This document shows, piece after piece, positions 38,632-52,917 of a stretch of 64,000 bases of DNA (within the stretch, counting starts at the first letter, position 1; each line of letters starts with the position of its first letter). Below the pieces are notes generated by a model, which saw only the letters and a list, made by a program, of their open reading frames with translations, made no database searches and had not been told where the DNA came from. Origin of the DNA: Zancudomyces culisetae HAW-14-8 (taxonomy: Eukaryota > Fungi > Kickxellomycota); contig JBNJNM010000011.1 of NCBI GenBank assembly GCA_052426225.1, positions 62,001-126,000 on the forward strand, given 5' to 3'. The translations under genes were made by a program, and so were the position numbers.

Positions 38632-39228
38632 ATGAATTCTCAACAAGGCAAACCCAAAACACCAAACACCAACAATGCCAACTCAGCCAAAACAAATCGA
38701 TTTAAAATCGATACTAACAGCCAATCTCAAGCCGATATTTTCCAGAAGCGACAGCAGCAACAAGCCTATAAGTCTGGATTTAAACACATGTCCCGGCGGC
38801 AGAAAAGGTAAGTTGATAGAAGTACACGACTCCATTAGTGGCGTATAGTCAAACAATCGATAAGCCACATGAACAATCCTTGAATCAATTGCCACACCAT
38901 TTTTTTGAATATGATATTCACTGCTGACAAAAGTATATTGTACAAAGCTAATCAATGTAACAAATGTAAAAATAGCTGGTTGGTCATAATTACAACCATT
39001 CCGATCATTGTGGTATATTCTAATTTGGCATATAAACAGAGTAAGAAATGCTTATTTGTACTGTATAAAAAACCATTTTTGCATTTACCATAGTAAACCA
39101 CATTATTTTAAGTATCGCTACAGAGTTAAAAGAAAACCTAATAATTCTCTACATTCTAAAAATGAAATGTGGTAATATTAGTTGTGCTAAGAGAGGATCT
39201 AAAGAAAAAGCCAGATCAGTCAAAATGA
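38632..39228 (+). CDS. Small 95-aa single-TM protein, 3 exons (absent from ORF track)
   Basis: Exons 38632-38807, 38976-39040, 39182-39228 with GTAAGT/GTAAGA donors in compatible phase: MNSQQGKPK...FKHMSRRQKSWLVIITTIPIIVVYSNLAYKQIVLREDLKKKPDQSK*. Confidence 0.7.
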
Positions 39229-39327
39229 AAAAGACAGGGTATATAGGCGATATTATTGGATAAAGACCCCCTTTGCATTTATGTTCGTCTTTGTGATTGT
39301 GGTGGTGTGTGTAAAGTGTGCGAGGGC

Positions 39328-42300
39328 TTACCAGAATCTTTTATCCAAAATCCATAATATTTTATTGTTGTTGCTGCTGCTGCTGCTGCCTGCACCACCG
39401 CTAATACCGCTCAAATACAAGGATGGAGGTAATGCGCCGGATTTGATGACAGGTCTTTTTTTAGTGAATAAAATAGAACTTTTAATAGTGGAGCTCTTGT
39501 TGCTGACATTTTCGGTACCAAGAGCGCCTATAGAAACCTTGGACTTGTTGGCGATTAGACTAGTTAGATCTAAAATAAAATTTATCTCTGAAAGTAAATC
39601 ACCAGTATTGCCAATTGGCAACAAGACTGGTGGTGGTATGGATGGTGAGTGAGATAAATGAGTTGATGGGGGTGCGATGTGAGTAAATGCCTTTAGCAGT
39701 GTTGACTGCAAACATGAATGGTTCCTACACTGTGTCATAAAAAAGTTTCTTATATCCAACAACTTTCCTTGCAGTTCAGCCACACTAAAGCTGATACCAT
39801 TTCTGTTGCTGATACTAGATGAATTGGTGTCGTTTTTTTGCAAATATGTTTTAAAAATAGGCAAATCCAACTGACCAAATAGGGAAAAAGACATTAAATG
39901 ATTCAAAGTAGGAATGATCGTGATTGGTGCACTTGGTGCATTTGGTGCCAGGGGTGTAGTCTTTGTGTCTGCCACATTTGAAATTTCAATTGGATTTATA
40001 CGTGTGCTTCCTGGTGGCTGTGAGACGCGAGCATCATATTTGTCATCGATAAAAATGTCCTTGAATGACCTAAAAACTTTACTGTTAAGCCGCCTCCTGC
40101 TATTTAAAGGAACTGCGTTTTTAAACATATCTTGGTTGCGCTCCTTATTGGCGTTTGAGCCAGAGTCAAATTGCAGCTCAACATCATCTTCATCGTAGCT
40201 TGTGTTATTGCTACTACAGTCTGAGTGGTGATCAATATCGAGGTCAAAACCAGATGTCACGCCGGTTGATTTGTCCCTTTTTCTGTTTTTTGAATTGGGT
40301 GTTGGTGCTTTTGAATTTTTATGTGACGAGGCTGAAGAAGAAGAGCGGTTCGTAGTAGTGAGTTTTAGGAGACTTGACATGATTGGGTCAAACTTTACGA
40401 GTTTTGTAGTGGAGTTTTGGGTATTATAATCTTCTTGAAGCTTTGTAATAATTAGATTACTCGTGTTTGATAAATATCCATTACTTTTCTTATGCTCAGG
40501 GTCGCTATCGAGGCTAAACAGCTGTCTTATATTTTCTGTTTTGAATTTAAATAATAAGTCACCTTTCTTTTTTTTCTTGGGCCTTTTGTTTTCGCCATAT
40601 TCTGTCTTGACATTATTTTCATCCACGGTTTCAGAGGTATCATTGCAGATTGCAGCGTTTGATTCCAGTACAGAATTCGACAAGTCAGTTTTGTACATTT
40701 GTTTAATTAAAATCTTTTCTTCAATACAGCCGCCACATATCAGTCTGTAAATTTTCACTATCTTTTTAGCACCGCCATTGTTTTGGTCAATGGCCGATAT
40801 CCTCAACGCGCGATGCTTTGCTTGTGAATCCACCGCCGGGTTCCAATCTGGATCATACATTATCACAGTGTTTGCACTTGCTAGGTTCAGCCCCAGTCCA
40901 CCAACCCGTGTAGTCAACAGAAAGACTTTGACCGTTGGATCGTTGTTGAATGTGTCTACCAGCACATGACGTTTGTGCAGTGGAGTTGTACCATCCAACC
41001 GTAGATATGAAATCTGTTTAGCTGATACAATGTACTTCTCAATTATATTTAACATTTGTCTAGTTTGAGCAAACACCAAAATCTTGTTATTGCTAGTTTG
41101 ATTATTAGTGTCTTCAGAAGTTGCATTGTTATTACCATTAGAATCACTTCCATCAAACACTTCCTTTACTATCAGATCATCTATTAACGAATCTAGTGCT
41201 TTCATTTTGCCACTATCCATTATCTCAATCTGATTCAAAACAAGATCAGCCTCCGTCTCGATGCTTTTTTTAGGGCCTTGTTCAATATTATCACTTGAAC
41301 TTTCCCGAAAATCTTGACAATTATCTCCCAAGTTGAGGCCAGGTCTGTTCTGTCTATTCATCAAAACCAACCAAGGGTGGTTCGTTACTTTGCGCAAGTA
41401 ATCTATTCCATATAAAACTTGTAGGTTCCCGCTAAGGATTCTTGCCATTTCTTCACCATCCAAAAACCGAGTATACAACTTTTTTTGGGTATCTGTTAGC
41501 CCACACATCACTATATACTCCTCATGCCTCATCTTCCCTTTCCCTTCCATTCCGGTCCCACTTTTTCCCTGTACATCTTCATCATCACTTTCTCCGCTAT
41601 TCAGTTCTTTCAGCATACTTTTTTCCCTCCTCAAAATATAGGGCCCAATCATTCGACTCAACGCCTCTAATATTTTGCGTGTCCGCTTTCTCTTTGTACC
41701 AAAACTTTCTCCCTCACCCCCAGCTTCTCCTTTTTTGCCATTGGTTATTGGATCTTCTACCTTCTTTATATACTCTTCTAGACTTCCCAATTTCCCAGGA
41801 AACACAAAATCAAAAACAGACCACAACTCTATCAAACTATTTTGTACAGGTGTACCGCTAACAACCAGTCGATGTCCTGCTTCAATTTGTTTTGCCGCCT
41901 GTGTCACTTGAGTGCCTGGATTTTTAATCATATGACCCTCATCCAATATTAAATACCCCCATTTTGTTGTTTTGAGATGTTCAACATACTGCTTTAGTCC
42001 ACCATAGCTTGTTATCATTACGTGCCCCTCGGTTTTCACTCGTTTGATCAGATCACAAATGGCCTCATCCCTTTCTGTTGATAGACGATGCCCTTCTCTC
42101 TTTGTTTTTAGCTTTTTACCACTTTTTTGTATCATATACGCTCGATGCTTGTGTTTGCGTTTTCTTACGCGCCACCCAAATGCGTCGTGCTCCCACATAT
42201 CTTCGCTACCACTATCTTCGATCTCCCGTTGCCATTTTTTGCTTGCAGATCCTTCTGCTCCCAATCCCCCTTTACTCTTCTGTTTCGCATTGTTGTATTT

Positions 42301-43470
42301 GTTCCTGTCCTCATTATCATTCTCGCTTTTGCCTTTACCTTTACCACTGTAGTAGACAGAATCATTATCAAGGCCATAGTCATCACAATACTCGCTATCT
42401 TCTCCCTTCTTCCGCCTTTTACTCGTCTCAACTATTATACCGCTTCCCTCAGCATGCAATACAATAACCCTAAGTGGTGCCCACCACTTATTTATTTCCC
42501 TAACCCACTGTCTTATCAGTGTCGTCGGACAAACTATTAGAGTGGGTTTCAAAACTCCAATCCCAACTCCAGCCCCATTTTCGTCATCACTTTGTAATAG
42601 TTTGCTATGGTACATTGATGCTATATAGCCTGCCACTTGAACTGTCTTTCCTAATCCCATTTCATCCCCCAAAATCCCTCCCTCTCCCTCCCCTACACTA
42701 TACCTTTCAAACATCCATTTGATACCTTCTTTTTGATATTCATATAATTTATCCCATATGCACTTTGGAATTCTTAATACCTGTTCATTGCTCTCAAGCT
42801 CCTCATCGCTTCCACTTGGATCATCGAGATATTCTTCCTCTTCTTCCTTTTCCTTTCCTTTACTAAAATATGTTTTACCTTCCGCTTCTTTTCTTCTTTT
42901 TCTCCTATCCTTTCTCCACGCTTTCACTCTACGCTGATATCGTCCCTCATCCCCATCATCCTCTCCTTTACTATTTCTCTTTTTTAGTTTTCTTGTATCA
43001 ATGGTGTATGGATCAATCTCTAGATCTGAGTCCGAATATTCAGTATCGGTTCCCTTTTCATTTTCGATCTCACTTTCACTTCCACGTTCATCTTTAGTTC
43101 TTGGTCGCCATTCCTCGTCCTCTTCGTCTTCGTAGTTGTCGACTTCTATTTCATTGCATGACTCTTGATCGTCTTTCTCCTTTTCTTCTGCAAAATTTGT
43201 ATCTGATCTTTTATTCTCCTCCTCGATAACATGTGTATGGCTCTTATTAAAGGTAGTATCCTCTTTTTCTGATTCCGAGATCTCGTGGCAATCCCTGAAA
43301 ACTTTGTTTGCCTTTCTCGCTGCCGCTCTCTGTGGTACTATGTTGTTTTTTTCATAATTTAGTTCCATATTGAAAATCCATTTCTTCTTACCTTTCTTTC
43401 CAAATGAACCTTGGCTACGCTTGTTACTTTGAATGTTTTTAGTATTCAAATTTACCAATTTCCCGTCCAT
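39328..43470 (-). CDS. RAD26: SNF2-family ATPase Rad26/CSB (ERCC6)
   Basis: DDGDEGRYQRRVKAW N-terminal motif, GGILGDEMGLGKT, LILDEGH, SGTPVQN, LYGIDYLRKVTNHP, VFLLTTRVGGLGLNL, YDPDWNP; C-terminal winged-helix-like LLDIRNFF...WILDKRF. Confidence 0.92.
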   Translation of the reverse strand: MDGKLVNLNTKNIQSNKRSQGSFGKKGKKKWIFNMELNYEKNNIVPQRAAARKANKVFRDCHEISESEKEDTTFNKSHTHVIEEENKRSDTNFAEEKEKDDQESCNEIEVDNYEDEEDEEWRPRTKDERGSESEIENEKGTDTEYSDSDLEIDPYTIDTRKLKKRNSKGEDDGDEGRYQRRVKAWRKDRRKRRKEAEGKTYFSKGKEKEEEEEYLDDPSGSDEELESNEQVLRIPKCIWDKLYEYQKEGIKWMFERYSVGEGEGGILGDEMGLGKTVQVAGYIASMYHSKLLQSDDENGAGVGIGVLKPTLIVCPTTLIRQWVREINKWWAPLRVIVLHAEGSGIIVETSKRRKKGEDSEYCDDYGLDNDSVYYSGKGKGKSENDNEDRNKYNNAKQKSKGGLGAEGSASKKWQREIEDSGSEDMWEHDAFGWRVRKRKHKHRAYMIQKSGKKLKTKREGHRLSTERDEAICDLIKRVKTEGHVMITSYGGLKQYVEHLKTTKWGYLILDEGHMIKNPGTQVTQAAKQIEAGHRLVVSGTPVQNSLIELWSVFDFVFPGKLGSLEEYIKKVEDPITNGKKGEAGGEGESFGTKRKRTRKILEALSRMIGPYILRREKSMLKELNSGESDDEDVQGKSGTGMEGKGKMRHEEYIVMCGLTDTQKKLYTRFLDGEEMARILSGNLQVLYGIDYLRKVTNHPWLVLMNRQNRPGLNLGDNCQDFRESSSDNIEQGPKKSIETEADLVLNQIEIMDSGKMKALDSLIDDLIVKEVFDGSDSNGNNNATSEDTNNQTSNNKILVFAQTRQMLNIIEKYIVSAKQISYLRLDGTTPLHKRHVLVDTFNNDPTVKVFLLTTRVGGLGLNLASANTVIMYDPDWNPAVDSQAKHRALRISAIDQNNGGAKKIVKIYRLICGGCIEEKILIKQMYKTDLSNSVLESNAAICNDTSETVDENNVKTEYGENKRPKKKKKGDLLFKFKTENIRQLFSLDSDPEHKKSNGYLSNTSNLIITKLQEDYNTQNSTTKLVKFDPIMSSLLKLTTTNRSSSSASSHKNSKAPTPNSKNRKRDKSTGVTSGFDLDIDHHSDCSSNNTSYDEDDVELQFDSGSNANKERNQDMFKNAVPLNSRRRLNSKVFRSFKDIFIDDKYDARVSQPPGSTRINPIEISNVADTKTTPLAPNAPSAPITIIPTLNHLMSFSLFGQLDLPIFKTYLQKNDTNSSSISNRNGISFSVAELQGKLLDIRNFFMTQCRNHSCLQSTLLKAFTHIAPPSTHLSHSPSIPPPVLLPIGNTGDLLSEINFILDLTSLIANKSKVSIGALGTENVSNKSSTIKSSILFTKKRPVIKSGALPPSLYLSGISGGAGSSSSSNNNKILWILDKRFW

Positions 43471-45514
43471 TTCCTTTTCATTGTAGTAACCATTGTGTCA
43501 TCCATTCAATTTTTGCAACTTTTATTCGCCAGTTGTATTTTTGTTTTACACATTATAGGTGCAAAACAAAAAAATCCAAGTGCTGCGGGTTTGATCCCAA
43601 GTGTAACAAACCACACTTTTCACAAATTTTCCGAGTCGTCGTGCTGGATCATTGATGTCACATAGTTTTTACTGGTATTAATCAACAATAAATTGACGTA
43701 AAAATAAACATTGATATCACATGCCTGGATGATTGTAAAGTAGCTACGCCTATACATAATAGCATCTTCAAGTAAATTGCTCACGCATTTATGGATAGTA
43801 CTTTTCACAACGTATCAGCCCGATACCTGTATCCCTTCTTAAGACAAAGACCAACACGTACTTAGATGAATGATACCTAGATACCCGCAATCCATTCATT
43901 GTTACCACATTGTATTTTTGTTTTTATTTTAAGTATACTATCCATTCTGCTATTATTTTACCCATTAGTTGAGTCTGTAATAGAGGTAAAGTTCAAAAGA
44001 ATAATAACTGATACAAATACCCCGCATGTATTACCCTCGCAATTATGACGGGTGGTAATATCAAGGTGGTAAACACGACACTATAATGATAAACTTGACT
44101 CCGCGTAAGTGATACTTCATCATATCTTTTTATTATGGTTGTGCTTTGCTGACATCAATAAATCCAGAAAAAAACTGTCCAGATGCCTGTTCAGCTGATT
44201 TTAATTTTTACTCTACAAGCTACCGACTCAAATCCATTACACTTCTGAGAAGCGTAGTCTTAACTAACCATGTAATGGGTATGTTGAATGTTACATCATA
44301 ACTTTCGGTGTAGTATAAGCAAAAAAATAGTCAATTCCTTTCTTTGTGGTAATTTAAAATCGAGGACAAAACTAACACATGCCTTTAACAGGCCTTTTTT
44401 TCATGCATGTTAATTTAGCTTGAGATTAGCTGGTAATTTGGAGATGATTTCTTTACAGATGGCAAATTTGAACCCAATTAAATCTATAAAAAATTTGCAA
44501 GAATTCAAATATGGGATTTCCCTTTTTCCTCTTTCAATTACCCGGCGGTTTATCTTGTTTTCCATTTTGCTACATAATTTGCCCTGGTCATATTAGTAAT
44601 CACCCAATTTGTAAAGCAAAATAAAAAGGATTAAAAGCTCCTTTTTTCATGTAAAATTAAAAAATATTTTTCTTCAAGGTCTGGTGGAACACCATGGAAA
44701 ATTGTTATTTGATAAGTGTACGCAATGAAAGGCGCTGTTTGGTGGTTTCAATATGCATATAGCGAAACTAGACGAATAAACAAGAGCCGTAGTTTAAAGG
44801 GACCAAAGGGCTAAAGGGCAATTTAATTTTGGTAGCACTTCACACCCATAATTCAAAATGAATAGCCATAATCTAGCACAACCGAACCTGTTTCTGCACC
44901 AAACAACAAAAATAAGGGGTGCTATTTACCATGTACTCAAAATAAAAGTAAACAGCAAGGTGGTAAATGAGCAAGTATTCTATGTTAAATGTAGTGTCCA
45001 GTAAATTGTTAGATGAATGAAAGTATGTGGGAGTAGTGATGCAAATAATGAACGGGAAACGAATTGACTAGCATGATAAAAACACAACCACAAGCTCAAT
45101 AGCAAAGCTCTGAAATGTCACCTAATGCCAATGGAAGAGGATAATGCCCATTTCCAACAATAGAATTTGGAAAAAAAAATGTAGCATTCCATCATTTTTC
45201 AAATTAATTTTTGCAAAACAACTTTTCAAGTTATTTTGAAATTGGCCTTTGTTCCGAGAAATATATGAGCACCAAGCATTTGTATGAAAAAAAGCTAAAA
45301 AAAAAGCGCAAAAACCAAAAAGCAAAGTAATTAACAATTTTCCAGAGATTTTCATTCATTTTATGTCCTCCCCAATATTTCTGTTTCTGCTTACTCTTTT
45401 TTTTACACAAATAGCCTTTTGACAAAAGCTTAAAAACTTTTTTACATTATAAAATAAAACTCTTTCTGTTAGAGAAACTTACTCAATATATATAGTTAAA
45501 TTTTAAAATTCAAG

Positions 45515-46599
<1,085 letters not shown>

Positions 46600-48871
46600 T
46601 CTTGCAGGTCTTTTGATTCGTCTTCAGTCTTGTCTCTTCTTTTTTGTTTTTTCCTTTTGTCTGCTTTTTTAGATTTTATTGGGATACTTAAGCTTTAACT
46701 GAACCTCCATGTTATTTTTGCTTACCTTGATAAAAGTATTTTGCGTACACTTTGGATTTGGAGTAGGGAAGAACAAGAAAAAAACACCCTAAATAAACCT
46801 TTTTCACCTAATTTCTCTGCCCTCTTAATTGTCTTCTTTCTTAGCATAGGGATGATGGGTACAGTGTTCAGTATATGAGTATTTCCAACACTTTAACTAT
46901 GATCATTCGTCATTTTAGCGTTAATATGAATTTGTAAATCGATTGCCATTAATTCGGGTTAAATGCCAGCTAATATTCTCGGGTATGTATTTTAATAACA
47001 CAGTTTTATTTTCCTTAGGTCTTGAACCTATTTATAAATCTATAGACCGAGAGCCTTTATTAACAAGTATGAGATAATACACAAATGTTCTTTTTTTCTC
47101 CTATTGAAAAGTGCAAGGGGTGTTAAGTTTAGCTGGTCTGAGGAAATATGTAATAACTAGTTACAGATAGACACCTCTGCAACTTAAAATTCGTAGCATG
47201 CAGATCGTTGCACAATTTTATTGAAAAAGTCACTATTAAAACCAGTCTCACCTCAAACACAATATTTACACTATAACCAACATAAAGGAAAAGAGATTAA
47301 ACATACTCAGGTTTGGTGGTAATTTTTTAGGTACCACTTAGTAGATAATGTGGTATAACTATCGGAGTAACAGAACTTTCTCCAGGAAGATAGTATATAT
47401 TATTAAAAATAATAGTACGCCTTACATGCGCAAGGCAAACTCAGACACAAACGCAAACGCAAACGCAAATCCCCACCACTTTCAAAAGATTGAAATATCT
47501 ATTACTATGGTTTTCTGGGAGGTCGATAAAGGGTGCTTCTATATTCTATAGTAGTTTTGGTAAAAAGTCATGACTGGTTTTCAACTGGAAACAAGCTCAC
47601 TTTTACCATAGGTAGTTCACCAAAGTTCAAAGTTTATTCAAAAAAAAAAAGATAGCGCATTTGCAGCCCTAATCTTTGCATTTAAAAGATTTAGTCAGAT
47701 TGGTCTATGTTTTTAATGATATCTTGAAAAAGTATTACGGTTTAGTGTTTGTCTCCAGAAAGATTTACTAAATCTGATGCTTGTACCTTATCCATGCACG
47801 TACGAATATAGATATAGCGTGTTTAATTGAGCAGGATTTGTAAACAAAGTCTATATCATTGCGAGTTGTGACATTAACAATAACAATGGTTTAGTTTCGT
47901 TCTTACGAGCCTGGATAGCGCGTGATTAATGTGAACTACATGTGAAACTTGGTTGCGCTTTAATGCTTGTTGTGGAATTTTGTTTTTGATACGCCAGCGG
48001 TCAGGTTTCTTTGAGTAAAAAGACTTGAGCATATTTTCTTAATATCACGCAGTTGTGAGTTTCCACACGTAAGGTAGCATAATAGGTAATTTTAATGTTA
48101 ACTGCAATTGCTATCACCATGTATATTTGTAACCAGTACTTGTCAAGTACTATAATATCTTGATATTTGATTTGTTTTATTTGTGGGTTCTAGTTCTGTA
48201 AGCAGAATTTGTCATAATATGGAGAGTAATTTTCCTCTTATATGCCATTATTTCTGTTAATTTCTGCTTTGGGCTAGTATATTTCATTTCGGCAAATAGA
48301 AACTTTAATTAGAGACTGCAGCATAAATCCTTAAAAGCCGAGCAGCACTGGCCATACAATCTGGATCATTGATGCTTTGGAGTGGTATATCCCAATACAA
48401 CGCAAGTGAGGATTCCAGAGTTCAGAAATTTAATTAATTAGATAACCATAGTGGATACCATTCACAAAGCAAAAAAAAACAAAAAAGAATAAAGGATGTG
48501 CTGAAATGGAGCCAAAGTAATGCACTATACCATATTAATATATGTGTTCTAGTCTTTGTTCTTTTTGTGTTTTATTTATAGTAATTTTAATATTTGATAA
48601 TTTGGTTTGTACTGGACTACAGCATATCAAGTTTGTTTGGTGCACATCCAAACTTGGACAAGTATCTACACTTTAATATAAATGTTGGTTTGCCTAATAC
48701 TTTTGCAGCGCAGATAGGAACGGGCATAATAATCATACTTAGCATTAATAACAAAAATTTAAAAAAACTTTGCAGCGATAACCTTTATGTTGAGTAAGGG
48801 ATACGATATATACATCATATCAACTAATCCAATGTAAACTGAGCATTATCTAACCTAACATTGCACAAACT

Positions 48872-50503
48872 ATGAATACAGAAGGCAAAAGCGACGAAAA
48901 AACTACTCAACACGCACCGGTTAATAGTCCTCAAAAAGTCGAAAAAAACAACAAGGCGAGTATAAATGATACCATATCATCAGCTGGAAATGCGCAGGCG
49001 TCATTGTTAGGAACAAGGTCTCCCATTAGCGATGTTGAAGAAGAAAAAGGTCGTGTGGTACCAAAGCATAACGAAAGCAAAGAGGTGAATGAAGGTGATT
49101 CCACCGAGTCAAAAACATTAGAAGACAACAGCAAAAGCATGAGAAAGGAAAGCAAATCGGCCAAACGTAGAAACGCAAAACAGAGGCGATCGTCTGAGAC
49201 AAAAGGTGCTAAAGAAAGCAATACTCCTCTCAGGAGAACATCTGAAAAAAGCGATGACTTGATTCACAAACCACAAAGTGCTGCTGAAGATGAACGCAGT
49301 AAAGGTGGCAGTACAATAACAGGCGTGGTTCTAAAAACAGATAACGACAACAAACAGGAGTCAGAGCTGGTGGAAGATAATAAAAAGACCCCAGTACGCC
49401 TATCAAGTATCGAAGAAGAAAAGGAAACTACTGAATTGGGTTTTGTCAAAAAAGCAGTTAGAGAAGTTGAAAAAAAGGATACTGAAGAAAATGCTACATA
49501 TTTTGTAAAGGAAAGTGAAAAGGAAGAAAAAAAAGACAACGATATAAAGGAAAATACAAGCCCAAATGCTTTCATTGAACAGAAAACTGAACAAGATAGA
49601 AGCACAAAAAGCATCGATAATACAGAAAATACTAAGAACATCGAGAACATCGAAAATACCGAGGATACCGAGAATACTGGGAATACAGAAAATACAGAAA
49701 ATACTGAGGGTACTGAAAGCACTGAAAATACAGAAAATACAAATAATACAAATAATACCGAGAATACCGAGAATACCGAGAATACAGAGAATACAGAAAG
49801 TACTGGGAATACCACCGAGAATGCGAATACTACAGAAAAAAAGACAAGTAATCAGACCGAGAGCAGTATTGACGAGAAAAAAACAATAGACTCAAAAAAT
49901 ACCGAGCCTGACAGACATTACAAACCATTGTATATGGAAACGTATCACGATATAGAAACTTCAACTGCAGAGTCATCTGACGAAACTGAAAACTCAGATG
50001 GCTCGGGCTCTGATCATAGCAACGAGTCAAAAGCCAAAAAAAGTAATGCAAAAGGTGAGTTGTTAGCAGTTACCAGTGAGAAAAACAAGGAGGAGGCTGA
50101 CTCAAAGAAGAAAGTAGAACCCGTAGTTGAGCAAAAAGAGTCCAAAAAAGAGAATATGGAGAGCTCAGAAAATGGCACAAACCCTAATGAAGCCAATGCA
50201 GGTGATGGCGGTGCAGAAGATCATTCCAGCAGCGACTTTATAGAAAACAATAGCTTCTTTGCAACCATCGAGGCTGGCGGACTTGAGGACCGGGCTATTG
50301 AGGTGTACATCTTTGACAGAAAAAAAGCAATACGGACGCAGTATATAATAACATGCTTGTTACTAGTGATTATATTGGCAGCAACTTCGTTTGTATGTCT
50401 ATACAAGCTGAGATCTAACCACCTTAAATTGGGTATTTCAATATTCGCGGTAGTGGCGCTTTTATTTGTGATTTTGTTTGGACTAATAACTTACGTAAGA
50501 TAA
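48872..50503 (+). CDS. Acidic low-complexity protein with (ENT)n repeat and two C-terminal TM helices
   Basis: 543-aa ORF, E/K/S/T/N-rich; two hydrophobic helices in the last 55 aa. Confidence 0.8.
   Translation: MNTEGKSDEKTTQHAPVNSPQKVEKNNKASINDTISSAGNAQASLLGTRSPISDVEEEKGRVVPKHNESKEVNEGDSTESKTLEDNSKSMRKESKSAKRRNAKQRRSSETKGAKESNTPLRRTSEKSDDLIHKPQSAAEDERSKGGSTITGVVLKTDNDNKQESELVEDNKKTPVRLSSIEEEKETTELGFVKKAVREVEKKDTEENATYFVKESEKEEKKDNDIKENTSPNAFIEQKTEQDRSTKSIDNTENTKNIENIENTEDTENTGNTENTENTEGTESTENTENTNNTNNTENTENTENTENTESTGNTTENANTTEKKTSNQTESSIDEKKTIDSKNTEPDRHYKPLYMETYHDIETSTAESSDETENSDGSGSDHSNESKAKKSNAKGELLAVTSEKNKEEADSKKKVEPVVEQKESKKENMESSENGTNPNEANAGDGGAEDHSSSDFIENNSFFATIEAGGLEDRAIEVYIFDRKKAIRTQYIITCLLLVIILAATSFVCLYKLRSNHLKLGISIFAVVALLFVILFGLITYVR
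49615..49835 (+). repeat. 9-bp coding tandem repeat (GAAAATACA/GAGAATACC) encoding (ENT)n
   Basis: More than 20 degenerate units read directly. Confidence 0.85.
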
Positions 50504-51282
50504 TTTATTAACAGAATACTGTGCATACATTTATGAATATCCATGGGGGTACATGTGGAGTTGGGTGAATGTAATGTAAACAAGGTGATTTTGATTAATT
50601 TTATCGTATATACTAAATAGGTCAAGTGCAAGAAAATCAAGGATCTGGATAGGTATGGTAAACATGCACTTGAAAGGAGAAGATCTAATATCAAGAGTCT
50701 GGAAAGGGGGCGAGATCGTACGCAAATAATTCCAAATCGCAGCTAGCTTTGATTTTGTATAGTTTGTAGATTTAATTATCCCTTTACTTTCCCTTTAAAG
50801 CATTATTATAACTGGCTGGCTGTTTTTAAAAAGAGCTGTGTACTAATTACTTTGACGCTGATGTTTATCAGTGACAACCAAAAATTTAATAAACCAAAAT
50901 ACGAGAAAAATGCGGGAGAATTAGTGGGTGTATATGTGTGTGCATAATACACAACTCAAAGAGATCCATAACGTAAATTGAATGTCAACGCAATGAAAAG
51001 GGAGGGGGTACGGGTTACGCCCAACTACCAGTATATAAAATGGCGTTTTTTCAGGTAGGTTGTATATAAAAAGACATTTATAATTTCAAAGGTGGACCGA
51101 CAAGAATGGTAAAGGCTGTGCTTAACCGCTAATTATATGTATAAAGTATTAAAAAGGTAGAAGTACCGCAAAAATAAGGCAGTAGATAAATATTTTTAAG
51201 GGTATACTCGGCTAATAGTGTCATACTACGAGGGGATGAGAATGCGTTTAACACAAAATTTCGGATATCAATGGTACAGTTA

Positions 51283-52124
<842 letters not shown>

Positions 52125-52917
52125 TATGTCTCGCGTCTTTCAATCTACCTTGTTTTTCTTTTCCAAGTGGTTGGTATATACACTGAAGAGCACGTTCAAA
52201 AAGGCAAAATGTGTTTTTGGTTTAATATTACAGCTGGAATTAATAAAAGTGGGGCAAAGTGAAGGAGAAATAATGAGATATTTAGAGGTTTGAGAGGGAG
52301 AAAAATGGTATTCCAAAAATGCTTGATGACCAAAATAGGAAACAGCTTTTCTGGTGTAACTTTGTTTGCTGCGCATCAGGCGTTAATATTATTTAGGTCA
52401 AATAAATGCCACTCTAACTGAGATTTGGACTTGAATTTTATAAATGGCTTGAGGAAGAGTGCTGGTTGGGGGAGGAGGAAAGCTGAACAGTCAAATCAAG
52501 AACAAAAGATAGATGTTCTGAACATGTAGATTTAGTGGTTGCATTTTTGAAGCAAAATTTGACCAAGGAGCCGGGAGACGGAGTGGTTGTTGTCGTAATG
52601 TTTAGAGGTAGTTTGCCACACCAGAACCATTTAGGTTTTTTTTTTTTTGGAATGAGGGGGTGAAATTGAGCTTTTAGTTTTGGTGATAAGAAATTCAAAT
52701 GCAGTTTTGTTGATAATTTGAGTTATGAGGAGATTGGCTGTGAAAATTGTGTCAGTAAAAAAAAAAATTACATGGCAAGTTGATGCTAAACAAAAAAAAA
52801 CTCCCCCAAGTAAAAAGCCTTGGATTTGATATCTAGTGCATAGTAGATTTTGATTTTAAAAGTCAAAGCTAAGCCATCAAACATAATTGTAAATCCGTGC
52901 AATACGATACCGAAACA

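Noticed and set aside
47760-48032. Possible small spliced ORF on the minus strand (MLKSFYSKKPDRWRIK...)
   Set aside because: Short, no recognisable motif, and a weak acceptor; unsupported without transcripts.
49615-49835. Repeat arrays as CRISPR-like or telomeric
   Set aside because: No unique spacers, eukaryotic coding context, and not at a chromosome end.
52324-52421. Box C/D-like pair (TGATGA...CTGA) between RBX1 and MIC10
   Set aside because: Weak terminal stem and no rRNA complementarity I can recognise; snoscan would be needed.
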